A DNA stretch of 64,000 nucleotides. It comes from Calditrichales bacterium. GTDB lineage: Bacteria; Calditrichota; Calditrichia; Calditrichales; J004. Below are positions 19,647 through 29,421 of this stretch, in pieces (positions within the stretch are counted from its first letter, which is position 1; the number at the start of each line of letters is the position of its first letter). The notes under the pieces were generated by a model. The model did not search any database. It was not told the origin of the DNA and saw only the letters and a program-made list of their open reading frames with translations. The stretch covers positions 51,888 to 115,887 of the forward strand of contig WGCN01000056.1 in NCBI GenBank assembly GCA_015493745.1, in the 5' to 3' direction. The translations under genes were made by a program, and so were the position numbers.

Positions 19647-20963
19647 ATGCTTACCCTTATTTCGGTTATATTTGTATTCAGTTTATTGGTTGTCATTCAT
19701 GAGCTTGGCCATTTTATTGCCGCGCGGCTGATGGGTGTTCGTGTCGAAAAGTTTTCCATCGGCATGCCTCCTACCATTTATTCAAAAAAAATAGGCGATA
19801 CGGAATGGTGTATATCCGCGATTCCGCTGGGCGGTTTTGTTAAAATGTCCGGTTTTGTGGATGAAAGCCTGGATACAAATATTACCGGAGCGGATTACGA
19901 GTACAGTTCCAAGCCGGTATGGAAGCGAATGATCATCATCAGTGCCGGTGTGATTATGAACCTGATTCTGGCAATGGTCATCTATGCCGTGCTGAGTTTT
20001 TCCCAGGGAAAAACCATCACCCCGACCACCATCGTCAATGTGGATTCCAACAGCGCCATTGCTTCCCGGGTCGGCTTTAAAACGGGTGACAAGATTGTGG
20101 CCGTTAACGGACAAGCGGTTGATAACTGGAATGACATGATCGGTATCTTTTACGGTTCCATTGACCAGGGGGTCACCTTTACGGTGGAGCGGGAAGGGCA
20201 AACCCTGCAACTGCGTTACGCCAAGGAGCTGTTGAGCGAGAAAAAGGGCGAGCAATTGGGAATTTCTCCCCTGTTTCCGGCGAAAGTAGGCGACGTCCGG
20301 CAGGATATGCCCGCGGGAGCCCTGGGTTTGCAAACCGGAGATATTATCACCGAACTGAACGGCCAGCCTGTACAAAACTGGCAGGAGATGACGGAAGTGA
20401 TCCGTGAAAACCCCGGAAAACCCCTGAGTATAAAATGGCTGCACAACGGCGTGGAGAAATCCGGTACCATCACCCCGGCGGTACAAAACACCGTTTCCAG
20501 CGAGGGCGTTGAGTCCAGTTACGGTATGATAGGTATCGGGGTCTATCTTGAAAAAGAACCGGTTTCCTTTGCCGAGGCCATCAGCTATGGCATAAAACAG
20601 CCCTTTGTGATAATCGACTTTAATATCAAAGGGTTGTGGTGGTGGATGAGTGGCGTGAAAACCGCCGATGAAACAATCGGTGGCCCGCTGATGATTGCCA
20701 AAATGGCCGGGGAAGCCGCCGAGGCCGGCTGGGTGACCCTGTTCAGCCTGATTGCCGCCTTGAGCAGTGTTTTGGCTTTCTTTAATATTTTACCCGTGCC
20801 CGTGCTCGATGGGGGGCATCTGTTTATTCTCATGATAGAGGCTGTGACACGTAAACCGTTAAGTGTAAAGGCCCGGATTCGTATACAGCAGGTGGGCATG
20901 GCCCTTTTACTCTTTTTTATTGTTTTTGTGCTTTACGTTGATGTAAACCGCCTGCTTTTTTAG
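19647..20963 (+). CDS. rseP: Intramembrane zinc metalloprotease RseP (site-2 protease)
   Basis: HELGH, GGFVKM, two PDZ domains (GDKIVAVNG, GDIITELNG), NILPVPVLDGGH. Confidence 0.96.
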   Translation: MLTLISVIFVFSLLVVIHELGHFIAARLMGVRVEKFSIGMPPTIYSKKIGDTEWCISAIPLGGFVKMSGFVDESLDTNITGADYEYSSKPVWKRMIIISAGVIMNLILAMVIYAVLSFSQGKTITPTTIVNVDSNSAIASRVGFKTGDKIVAVNGQAVDNWNDMIGIFYGSIDQGVTFTVEREGQTLQLRYAKELLSEKKGEQLGISPLFPAKVGDVRQDMPAGALGLQTGDIITELNGQPVQNWQEMTEVIRENPGKPLSIKWLHNGVEKSGTITPAVQNTVSSEGVESSYGMIGIGVYLEKEPVSFAEAISYGIKQPFVIIDFNIKGLWWWMSGVKTADETIGGPLMIAKMAGEAAEAGWVTLFSLIAALSSVLAFFNILPVPVLDGGHLFILMIEAVTRKPLSVKARIRIQQVGMALLLFFIVFVLYVDVNRLLF

Positions 20964-20974
20964 TGGGTTGAAAA

Positions 20975-22882
20975 ATGGACGCACGTCAACAAGCTCTCTT
21001 TTTTCTAAAATTTTTAAGAAACGCTTTGCAATTCCGTTATCCCTTGTCAGGTACGGCAAAAGCGCTTTATCCGGATGATTCCGCAGGCGGAACTTTCTCT
21101 GCCGGTTTTATCCGGATTAAAGATGCGCAAAAAGTATTTACCCGTATTATTCCACAAAGCAGCTGGACTTACAGCCTGTACCGGTTGGAAAGGCAACGTT
21201 TTGAATGTCTGGAAACACCCGATTTCTCATATTTATTTACAACGGATTTAATAGACCGTGATATTTTCATCCCCGATTCCCGAAGTGGTGTAAAAATCAG
21301 TCTAAGGGAAAACGGGGGTACGGGAACACTCTGTCTCTTTTACCGGGAGCAACAGCCCCAAATCGGACAACTGCCCCGTCTGTTACAAGCGGAGCGGGCC
21401 GGGCATCCCCTGAATGCCATCCACACCCATGACCGGGCCTGGATAGAGGATTTTGAGAAAAACTGGTGGCTTTATAAGCAAATTCCACCGCATATTCTTT
21501 CGGTCACCGGGCAAAAGTTGCAAAATTGGTTTTTACGCTATTTCTCCGGGGAAGAGGAGAAGACGTCTAATATCTGGACGGCAGACGATATGCAAGCCTT
21601 TTGGAATGAGTATTCACTGCCGGCATATGGATATCTGTGGAAACGTTGGTGGCAGGAAGAGGAAAGTCCGGTATTTCCCTTTATCCTTTCGGTCATGTAC
21701 CATAATCCCTTTTGGCTGTCCGGTGCATTCAGCTTATTGAAAACGGCAGCCGGTAGCGAGGGGGCTCTGGTGACACTGCTTAAGCTGATCCGCCAAAAGT
21801 TTTTCGTTTTTACTGCCGGGAGCAGGCAACTGTTTGGAATAAATCCCGGAGGAGCGGCCCATATCTTTACCGTCGATTTTCCCCGTTTCAAAATGACGGG
21901 CCGGTGCAATGAGAATAGTGCCCTTACCGCCCTGGAAATAAAAGCACAATTTAGCGTGAAAATCGACAAGACGGTATTTCTTGAATTTTATCCGGAGAGT
22001 AACCAGCTTTTCATCGTTCCCGTGTTACCGTTCCTGAGCCGCGGCGCTTATCATACAATCACCGTGGATATTGACGGCCTGTCTGTAAAAGTACCCATGA
22101 TTTGGAGACAGTTCACAGTTCATATCCGGGGAATGCGTTTAAAGTTTTTACTAAAGGGCAGGCATTGGCAGCTTACACTAAAGTGGCCGCCGGGCCTGAC
22201 AAAAATGATTCTGGAACAAAGGGAGATTCTAAAGGATACCTTGAACAACCGGCAAAAGCTGTATCTGGATTGGGTTAAACCTGACCCGCGGGCCGGAGCT
22301 TTGTTTTATTTTGACCGGCATGGCCGGCAGCTAAAAACCATGCCGGCGGAAAATGGGATCGTACAGGCTGCCGTGCTGGATAAAAAGGGTTTGCTGGTGC
22401 CGCAGGGGAGGATAAAAGCGGCAGCCGGGAAGAAATCAAAAAGTGTTAATTTTTTATATCCCTCCGCATTGCCCGCCCTTAGGGGGACGCACTATGAGCT
22501 TATTATCCCCGGGAGCGGAAAAATCCCCCTTGCCGTTGAAGACCGGGCGGAAGATGTTATCCGCAGACTGAAAGAGACCCCGGCCGCTATTTTGGAATCG
22601 GGGTTGATCCTGACCGCCCCCGGGGCCTTTGTGGATGCTTTATTTGCGTACACGGCCCTGCGGCCGCTCACCCTGTCGTATGACGCCGCCGCCGGTCTTT
22701 ATGGCGCGATAAAGTGGCACATCATTGTATCGGATGATATACCCGTGGACAGGTGCCGGGAAGAGGATGGTTACTTTTTTGAAAAAAAGGGTGATTGTAC
22801 CATTATCCGCATAAAGAGCGCCTGGGCTGAAAGTTTTGTAAAAAGATATTTCAATAAAGGTGCGGCTGTCAGTTCCGTATAA
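20975..22882 (+). CDS. Hypothetical protein, 635 aa
   Basis: Long ORF 11 nt after the rseP stop, filling the space up to the tRNA promoter; no motif recognised. Confidence 0.75.
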   Translation: MDARQQALFFLKFLRNALQFRYPLSGTAKALYPDDSAGGTFSAGFIRIKDAQKVFTRIIPQSSWTYSLYRLERQRFECLETPDFSYLFTTDLIDRDIFIPDSRSGVKISLRENGGTGTLCLFYREQQPQIGQLPRLLQAERAGHPLNAIHTHDRAWIEDFEKNWWLYKQIPPHILSVTGQKLQNWFLRYFSGEEEKTSNIWTADDMQAFWNEYSLPAYGYLWKRWWQEEESPVFPFILSVMYHNPFWLSGAFSLLKTAAGSEGALVTLLKLIRQKFFVFTAGSRQLFGINPGGAAHIFTVDFPRFKMTGRCNENSALTALEIKAQFSVKIDKTVFLEFYPESNQLFIVPVLPFLSRGAYHTITVDIDGLSVKVPMIWRQFTVHIRGMRLKFLLKGRHWQLTLKWPPGLTKMILEQREILKDTLNNRQKLYLDWVKPDPRAGALFYFDRHGRQLKTMPAENGIVQAAVLDKKGLLVPQGRIKAAAGKKSKSVNFLYPSALPALRGTHYELIIPGSGKIPLAVEDRAEDVIRRLKETPAAILESGLILTAPGAFVDALFAYTALRPLTLSYDAAAGLYGAIKWHIIVSDDIPVDRCREEDGYFFEKKGDCTIIRIKSAWAESFVKRYFNKGAAVSSV

Positions 22883-22938
22883 AGGGAGATGCGCGCATCG
22901 GAGCGCTTAAATTTCTTTGGAAAAGCCTCCAATTAGAT

Positions 22939-22967
22939 TTGATTTTTGACGACATCGTTTCTAAATT
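22939..22967 (+). promoter_or_regulatory. Putative sigma70 promoter for the tRNA
   Basis: TTGATT-17nt-TAAATT about 21 nt upstream of the tRNA. Confidence 0.55.
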
Positions 22968-22988
22968 CGTAGCTCGACAAAAATAACA

Positions 22989-23062
22989 GGGCCCATAGCT
23001 CAGTTGGTTAGAGCCGCCGACTCATAATCGGCTGGTCCGGGGTTCGAGTCCCTGTGGGCCCA
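22989..23062 (+). tRNA. tRNA-Ile2 (anticodon CAT, lysidine-modified); CCA not encoded
   Basis: Cloverleaf with acceptor stem GGGCCCA/TGGGCCC, D arm AGCTCAGTTGGTTAGAGC, anticodon loop CTCATAA and TTCGAGTC T arm. The G1:C72 pair excludes initiator tRNA; C4:G69, C5:G68 and A73 fit Ile2 rather than elongator Met. Confidence 0.9.
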
Positions 23063-23141
23063 CTGTTTTAAGGAACATATTATGAGTAAAAGATTTCAGA
23101 TGATCTTTGTGAAATTGGAAAAAAATTAATAAAAAGTAGTC

Positions 23142-23178
23142 AAGTGCATTCTCACAACAGAGATGCACTTTTTTTTTT
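23142..23178 (+). terminator. Intrinsic terminator after the tRNA
   Basis: AAGTGCAT(T)CTC / GAGATGCACTT stem followed by a long T run. Confidence 0.8.
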
Positions 23179-23194
23179 ATCGGGAGGATAGAAA

Positions 23195-23902
23195 GTGCAG
23201 AAGACCTTGAGCGCACTCATCGAATTGCAGGAAATTGATAATCGTTTAGATGAGTTAAGAGAAGAACGGGGAGATTTACCGGAAATTGTAGAAGGCTTGC
23301 GTAGCAAGTTCAATACAAAAAATGAAACAAAGATCCGGTTGCAGGAGGAAATAGACGCTTCATCCAAACGTGTGCGGGAACTTACCGTTTTGATTCAGGA
23401 GACCAAAGATAAGCTCAATGATGAAAACAACCGTCTCTACCAGGTGAAAACCAACAAGGAATATGACGCGATTACCATTGAGATAGAGGTGTTGCAGGCT
23501 AACCTGAAGAATTATGAGAATGAACTGGTAAGCCTCAACGAGAGTGTTGATGAGAAAATGAGTGTCCAGACTCAACTGGAAAGTGAGTTGAGTACCATAA
23601 AAACGGAACTGGAAGAAAATGAACAGGATTTAAAGGAACGTTTATCCGAAACGGAAGTTGAGGAAAAGGAACTGTTAAAAAGTCGCGAGAAAATTGTAAA
23701 AGATTTCAACGAGGATATTCTGTCCAGTTATGAGATCGTGCGTGAGGCACGTGAAGGGCAGGGCGTAGCCGTGGTAAGCGATGGACATTGCGGTGGATGC
23801 TATTCATACATTCCTCCGCAAAAAGTTGTTGAAATCCGTCAGCAGAAGAAAATATTTACCTGTGAATTCTGCGGCCGGATTTTGGTTTGGGAAGATAAAT
23901 AA
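23195..23902 (+). CDS. Coiled-coil protein with C4-type zinc ribbon (DUF164/CT398-like)
   Basis: LIELQEID start, long coiled coil, CGGCY..IPPQ and CEFCGRIL motifs. Confidence 0.92.
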   Translation: MQKTLSALIELQEIDNRLDELREERGDLPEIVEGLRSKFNTKNETKIRLQEEIDASSKRVRELTVLIQETKDKLNDENNRLYQVKTNKEYDAITIEIEVLQANLKNYENELVSLNESVDEKMSVQTQLESELSTIKTELEENEQDLKERLSETEVEEKELLKSREKIVKDFNEDILSSYEIVREAREGQGVAVVSDGHCGGCYSYIPPQKVVEIRQQKKIFTCEFCGRILVWEDK

Positions 23903-23914
23903 ACATAAAAACTG

Positions 23915-24323
23915 ATCCGGATCAATAAATAGGGAGTTGCCTTGGAATCTATTCTGAGGAGGAAAGTCCGAACATCACAGGGAAAAACCTTCTAAGAAAT
24001 TAGAATCTGCGTCAGCGGAAGGCCAGTGCCACAGAAAACATACCGTCCCGGTAGTACCGGGATAAGGGTGAAAAGGCGAGGTAAGAGCTCACCACCCGTT
24101 TCCTGGTGAACACATTAAGTGCGTAACAGGCGGGGTAAGGTAAACCCGGTTTGATGCAAGGCCAAATAGGAGTACATAGTTTGTACTGTACGGTTTCCCG
24201 CCGTATGTATCCGCGGATACGTGTACTCGGGTAGGTCGCTTAAGTGTTGCGGCAACGCAATTCTAAGATAAATAGCTCCCCCCTTTACGGGTACAGAATT
24301 CGGCTTATTCTATTGATCCGGAT
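23915..24323 (+). ncRNA. rnpB: RNase P RNA, bacterial type A
   Basis: GAGGAAAGTCC (23959-69) and ACAGAATTCGGCTTA (24293-307). P1 ATCCGGATCAATA/TATTGATCCGGAT, P2 GGGAGTTG/TAGCTCCC, P8 TTCTAA-GAAA-TTAGAA, AGTGCCACAGAAA, AAGGGTGAAA, GCAAGGCCAAATAGG, P6 GGGAAA/TTTCCC. Confidence 0.97.
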
Positions 24324-24340
24324 TTTTTCCGGATAAACGC

Positions 24341-26056
24341 ATGCATTACCAATGGATATTTCCAGAGGCAGAGGCGCCCCCTCTTTCGCCTTTCTATGTT
24401 GAAAAGAATGTCGATCCCGTGATCGCCACTATCATGACCCGCAGAGGCATTTCCGGCCCGCAGGACTATCAGACCTATATTCACCCCTCCCTTGATAACT
24501 TACATGACCCCTTTTTAATGCGCGATATGGACAAGGCCGTCGATCGTCTGGTAAAAGCGCTGGAAAACGGGGAAAACATACTGGTTTACGGCGACTATGA
24601 CGTGGACGGCGTTACCGGGGTCTCCATACTTTATCAAAGCCTGCACCGCTTGGGGGGCAAGGTTCACTTTTTTATTCCCGACCGTAAAAACGACGGATAC
24701 GGGGTGACCGAAAAAGGCATCTCCCGTGCCCTGGAACTGAATGTGTCCCTGATCCTAACCGTGGATTGTGGCATTACCGCTCAAAAACAAATTGCCTTCG
24801 CCAATGAACAGAATGTGGATGTCATCGTCTGTGATCACCATTCGCCCGTGGGAGAGCCGCCCGCGGCCTATGCCATTCTCAACCCCAAGCAGGCCGGTTG
24901 CTCCTATCCTTTTGAAGAACTGGCCGGTTGCGGCGTGGCCTTTAAATATCTCCAGGCCCTGGCCCGGCGTCTGAAAATGGATGATTCCTTTTATATGGAT
25001 ACCCTTGATCTGGTTGCCCTAGGCACAGCCGCCGATATCGTTGACCTGAAAGATGAAAACCGTATACTGATGTATCATGGTCTGAAAAAGATAAACTCCC
25101 ATCCCCGCGAGGGTATTTCGGCGTTGATTCAGATCAGCGGACTGGGGCGGCAGACGATCAATGTCAGCCTGATCGTATTTATTCTGGCGCCGCGTTTGAA
25201 TGCCGTGGGCCGTATCTCCAACGCCAAAAAGGCGGTTCATCTGCTGACCAGCAGCAGTCCGCAACAGGCCAAGAATATTGCCCAGATTCTAAACTCGGAA
25301 AATAAAAAGCGCCGCAATATTGATGAACAGACTTTTCATGAAGCGGTAGAGCTTATAATGGAATCCGAGGAATTGCAAAATGCGCCGGTGCTGGTGCTGG
25401 ACAAAAACGACTGGCATCTCGGTGTGATTGGCATCGTGGCCTCCCGTTTACTGGAAAAATATAACCGGCCGGCCATTCTCATCTCCAACCAAAACGGGTT
25501 GGGAAAGGCTTCCGCCCGCTCAACCGATAAATTTAACATTTTCGATGCCCTGCAAAACCTTCAGGATATGTTGATCAGTTATGGCGGCCATGCCTGTGCC
25601 GCCGGCCTGACCATTGAAACGGAAAAGATCGATGCCTTTCGTAAGGCCATAAATGAATATGCCAGCCGACACATGGAAACAAAAAGTGCCCTGCCGGAGC
25701 TCCATATCGATGCCGTTATCAACTTCCCCGATCTCAGTGGACGCCTGTTGCATGGCCTGAAAGATATGGAACCCTTCGGTCCTTCCAATATGCGTCCTGT
25801 TTTTCAAAGCAGCGACGTAAAGGTTAACGGCAAGGTTCGTGTGATTGGCCACAACCATCTTAAATTTAAACTACAACAACACGGAATGGTGATAGACGCT
25901 ATCTATTTTAACGGACTAAAATACCGGGAACAGTTGGAGCAAATTGATAAAAGTTTTAATTTTGTCTATGTTATAGAAGAATCCAATTGGCAAGGTCAAA
26001 ACACCATTCAATTAAGAATAAAGGACTTTAAAGAGTTTGATGGAAGAGACTCCTGA
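24341..26056 (+). CDS. recJ: Single-stranded-DNA-specific exonuclease RecJ
   Basis: GDYDVDG, TVDCG, CDHH, LVALGTAAD, APRLNAVGR, GGHACAAG and EPFGPSN motifs. Confidence 0.97.
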   Translation: MHYQWIFPEAEAPPLSPFYVEKNVDPVIATIMTRRGISGPQDYQTYIHPSLDNLHDPFLMRDMDKAVDRLVKALENGENILVYGDYDVDGVTGVSILYQSLHRLGGKVHFFIPDRKNDGYGVTEKGISRALELNVSLILTVDCGITAQKQIAFANEQNVDVIVCDHHSPVGEPPAAYAILNPKQAGCSYPFEELAGCGVAFKYLQALARRLKMDDSFYMDTLDLVALGTAADIVDLKDENRILMYHGLKKINSHPREGISALIQISGLGRQTINVSLIVFILAPRLNAVGRISNAKKAVHLLTSSSPQQAKNIAQILNSENKKRRNIDEQTFHEAVELIMESEELQNAPVLVLDKNDWHLGVIGIVASRLLEKYNRPAILISNQNGLGKASARSTDKFNIFDALQNLQDMLISYGGHACAAGLTIETEKIDAFRKAINEYASRHMETKSALPELHIDAVINFPDLSGRLLHGLKDMEPFGPSNMRPVFQSSDVKVNGKVRVIGHNHLKFKLQQHGMVIDAIYFNGLKYREQLEQIDKSFNFVYVIEESNWQGQNTIQLRIKDFKEFDGRDS

Positions 26057-26894
26057 TACCCCGTCTATTTTTGAACAACTGAAAAAAATACGCGAAGACA
26101 AGAATATCACTCTGCAGGAAATTTCCGCGGAGAGTCGTATTCAGATCAGTTACCTGAAGGCCATTGAAGCCGGAGAGTTTGAAAAAATCCCCGAAGTTTA
26201 CGATAAGCTGTTTTTTCAATCCTATCTTTCCTACTTGCAGGTTGAAGATGAAGAACGCTATATGGACCTCTACCGTAAACTGCGCAAGGCAACCTTTTCA
26301 CCCACGCCAACGACAACCATGCGTCGCATGGTAACCGCCGGAGACGATAGCCACCCCGTATTTAACAAAAAGAACATGATTGTGGCCATTCCCGCTTTGG
26401 GGGTAATTGGCCTGTTGTTGTTTTTGGCCCTAAATTCGGAAATGATCTCTTTTGGCAGCCAGAAAAAGGTTAGAGAGTTGCCGGTGCGGCAAATTGTACA
26501 GGATATCGAGGAGAACCGGCAAGAGGCCCTTGCCGCTGCCACTCCGGTGTCGGAAAACATATCCCCGTCGCCGTCGGAGCCGGCGGTAACTATCAGTCTG
26601 ACCGCCATCGACACCACATGGTTACGTTTTGTCAAGGATAAGCGTGATACCTCGGAGTATCTTTTATACAAAGGCAACCGGATTACGCTTACCGCGGACT
26701 CTGTTCTTAAAGGCCTTATAGGCAACGCCGCCGGTATCGACTGGGTCGTAAACGGTAAGAAAGAGGGCATACTGGGGCAACCCGGGGATGTCATCAAATC
26801 CATAGTAATTACCGGGAACGGCATCGTTCGGAAAAATATTAAAAAAGCGATAAAATATGAGGTTACGCATGATTCGACTAATATTAACCCTTAG
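26040..26894 (+). CDS. RodZ-like protein (HTH, TM, DUF4115)
   Basis: N-terminal HTH (LKKIREDKNITLQEIS..YLKAIEAGEF), one TM helix, C-terminal TWLRF..IGNAAGIDWVVNGK. Confidence 0.85.
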   Translation: MEETPDTPSIFEQLKKIREDKNITLQEISAESRIQISYLKAIEAGEFEKIPEVYDKLFFQSYLSYLQVEDEERYMDLYRKLRKATFSPTPTTTMRRMVTAGDDSHPVFNKKNMIVAIPALGVIGLLLFLALNSEMISFGSQKKVRELPVRQIVQDIEENRQEALAAATPVSENISPSPSEPAVTISLTAIDTTWLRFVKDKRDTSEYLLYKGNRITLTADSVLKGLIGNAAGIDWVVNGKKEGILGQPGDVIKSIVITGNGIVRKNIKKAIKYEVTHDSTNINP

Positions 26895-27372
26895 CCTGAC
26901 GCTGATGCTGCTTTCCTGCGGCTCGGAGTTAAAATCAAAAAAGGTAACCCGGGATAATACGGAAATGCTGTACGGCAAAACCACGGCCCGGCAACTCTAT
27001 TTTGATTTTCCGGTTTGGAAAGAGGTTTATGATCTATATACCCCGGATCAGCAAGTTGAAAATGAACTCCATAAGCTGGCACGTCCGATGAAAGTAAAAA
27101 TCTTTTTTGGAACATGGTGTAAGGACAGCCGCAAAAATGTGCCGCGCTTTTTTAAGGTTATCAAAGGTTTGGATCAATTTGAGATTGAACTGATTGCTGT
27201 GGACAGGGGACTGGATGCGGAAAATGAAAACGCCGACCGATATGATATTCAACGGGTGCCGACCTTTATTTTTATTGAGGACGGTCATGAAATCGGACGC
27301 ATCATAGAACACCCGGTTAAAAGCCTGGAAGAAGACACCGTAAATATTCTTAAAGGTGATAAAGATGCGTAG
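26869..27372 (+). CDS. Thioredoxin-fold lipoprotein with CxxS motif
   Basis: Lipobox LLSC; FFGTWCKDS and YDIQRVPTFIF. Start moved to ATG 26869. Confidence 0.85.
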   Translation: MIRLILTLSLTLMLLSCGSELKSKKVTRDNTEMLYGKTTARQLYFDFPVWKEVYDLYTPDQQVENELHKLARPMKVKIFFGTWCKDSRKNVPRFFKVIKGLDQFEIELIAVDRGLDAENENADRYDIQRVPTFIFIEDGHEIGRIIEHPVKSLEEDTVNILKGDKDA

Positions 27373-29044
27373 GTTTAAAAGCACGATTACTTTTTTGTTG
27401 GTGGCCCGGCTTCTTTGGGCCACCGAGTTTCAACCGGTATTTGCTGAAAAAGGGATGGTGGTCTCGGAAGATCCTCTGGCCACCGCTGTCGGCTTACAGG
27501 TTTTGAAAAATGGCGGCAACGCGATTGACGCGGCCGTGGCCGTGGGCTTTGCCCTGGCCGTGACCTATCCGACGGCGGGCAATATTGGCGGCGGCGGCTT
27601 TATGGTGATCCGTCTGGCCGACGGCAAGGTCTACACACTGGATTACCGGGAAACAGCACCCGCGGCGGCCCATAAGGATGTTTATCTCGATGATGAAGGC
27701 AATGTGGTCAAGGATGCCAGCCTGCTGGGATATAAAGCGGCCGGCACACCGGGCACGGTAGCGGGCCTGGAAGCGGCTTTTAAGCGTTTCGGAACCAAGC
27801 CCTGGAAAGAATTGCTGGATCCGGCCATCCGCTATGCGGAAAAGGGCTATCCTCTTTCCCGGCATAAAACAGCTTCCATCAATTCCCGACTGGAATATTT
27901 CAATCTTTTTCCCTCCTCTAAAAAAATATTTACCAGAAACGGTGAACCGTTTGAACCCTTTGATGTGCTGGTTCAAAAAGACCTGGCCGCTACGCTGAAG
28001 CGTATTGCCGGCCACGGGGCCGCCGATTTTTACCGGGGCGAAACCGCCCGGCTTATCGTGCGGGATATGGAACGTAACCGGGGAATGATCACTCTGGCGG
28101 ATCTGAAAGGTTATAAGGTGAAATGGCGCGAACCGGTTCATTTTACCTATCGCGATTTTGATATTTTCTCCATGCCTTTGCCGGCAAGCGGCGGCATTGT
28201 CATGGCGGAAATTTTTAACACGCTGGAACCGTTCGATCTGGGGGCCTTTAATGTCAACAGTTCGGATCTGATCCATATGTGGGTGGAAAGCGAACGCCAG
28301 GCCTATGCCGACAGAGCCGTATTTATGGGTGATGTCGATTTTGTACAGGTACCGGTGAAAAAGCTGATTTCAAAAAAATACGCGGAATATATCAGGAGTC
28401 AGATTGACTTTTTCCATGCCCGCAGTTCCGACGATGTGGCCGCCAATGAAGCCTGGATGAAGGAATCCTTTGAAACAACTCATTTTTCCATCGTGGATCA
28501 GTGGGGCAACGCCGTTTCCAATACCTATACCTTAAACAGCGGTTATGGTGCCAAGGCCGTGGTCGAGGGGGCCGGTTTCTTGTTAAACAATGAGATGGAT
28601 GATTTCAGCATCAAGCCGGGTGTGCCCAACCAGTATGGCCTGATAGGCAGTTTTGCCAATCAAATCGATCCCCGTAAGCGTATGCTTAGTTCCATGACGC
28701 CGACCATTGTGACCCATAACGATTCTCTTTTTATGGTCGTGGGCGCGCCGGGCGGTTCCCGTATCATTACCGCCGTGGCTCAGACCATTTCCAATGTGAT
28801 TGACCACGGCTATAATATCCGTACGGCCATTGAAAGTCCCCGTTTTCACCATCAGTGGAAGCCGGATGTCGTTTTTCTTGAGCGTCCCGGATTTACCGAT
28901 GATACCATCATAGAACTACAGGGGAAGGGACATAAAGTACGCTATGTAAAGTCCCTGGCCAGCGTACAGGGAATCCTGATAAAAAAAGGCCTGATCCAGG
29001 GCTGGAGCGATCCGCGCCGGGATGGAAAGGCCATGGGGTTTTAA
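27365..29044 (+). CDS. ggt: Gamma-glutamyltransferase
   Basis: GGNAIDAAVA, GNIGGGGF, DYRETAP, ETTHFSIVD (catalytic Thr), LLNNEMDDFS, RMLSSMTP and GAPGGSRI motifs. Confidence 0.97.
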   Translation: MRRFKSTITFLLVARLLWATEFQPVFAEKGMVVSEDPLATAVGLQVLKNGGNAIDAAVAVGFALAVTYPTAGNIGGGGFMVIRLADGKVYTLDYRETAPAAAHKDVYLDDEGNVVKDASLLGYKAAGTPGTVAGLEAAFKRFGTKPWKELLDPAIRYAEKGYPLSRHKTASINSRLEYFNLFPSSKKIFTRNGEPFEPFDVLVQKDLAATLKRIAGHGAADFYRGETARLIVRDMERNRGMITLADLKGYKVKWREPVHFTYRDFDIFSMPLPASGGIVMAEIFNTLEPFDLGAFNVNSSDLIHMWVESERQAYADRAVFMGDVDFVQVPVKKLISKKYAEYIRSQIDFFHARSSDDVAANEAWMKESFETTHFSIVDQWGNAVSNTYTLNSGYGAKAVVEGAGFLLNNEMDDFSIKPGVPNQYGLIGSFANQIDPRKRMLSSMTPTIVTHNDSLFMVVGAPGGSRIITAVAQTISNVIDHGYNIRTAIESPRFHHQWKPDVVFLERPGFTDDTIIELQGKGHKVRYVKSLASVQGILIKKGLIQGWSDPRRDGKAMGF

Positions 29045-29132
29045 TCCCGCTTGAACCCTGCGTTTTATTAAACCTTTACAAAAAGGTAAAGTATAAAAGC
29101 ATCGTCTGTTAAGATTAACCGGAAAGAATGAA

Positions 29133-29420
29133 ATGGCCAAAAAGCATACTGTAAAAACAAAAAAAACAACCACGGAAGAAAAAAAAGTGTATAGTGAAAA
29201 AACAGAACGCATTTTTAAGATAATGTTAAGGACGATGAGCTGGACCGTGGGCATTGCTTTTGCCTCCATTCTCGTATTGCCCTATCTCAATAATCCCGTG
29301 GTCGACAGCATTAATCGCTACATTTTTAATACCGGCCTGCTCGTTTTAATCGTTTTCACCGTGATCGAATTCGTCGCCGATTCCGTAAAGAGCCGGATTG
29401 AAAACAAGATAAACGGCTAA
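29133..29420 (+). CDS. Small two-TM hypothetical protein
   Basis: Basic N-terminus and two hydrophobic helices; ends 1 nt before the kinase gene. Confidence 0.7.
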   Translation: MAKKHTVKTKKTTTEEKKVYSEKTERIFKIMLRTMSWTVGIAFASILVLPYLNNPVVDSINRYIFNTGLLVLIVFTVIEFVADSVKSRIENKING

Positions 29421-29421
29421 T

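Noticed and set aside
22989-23062. tRNA-Met (initiator or elongator) call for the CAT tRNA; tRNA as an integration site
   Set aside because: The acceptor-stem identity fits Ile2. No integrase or duplicated tRNA 3' end (att site) was seen.
27494-28276. 260-aa antisense ORF inside ggt
   Set aside because: Shadow ORF fully opposite a well-conserved gene, with no motifs.
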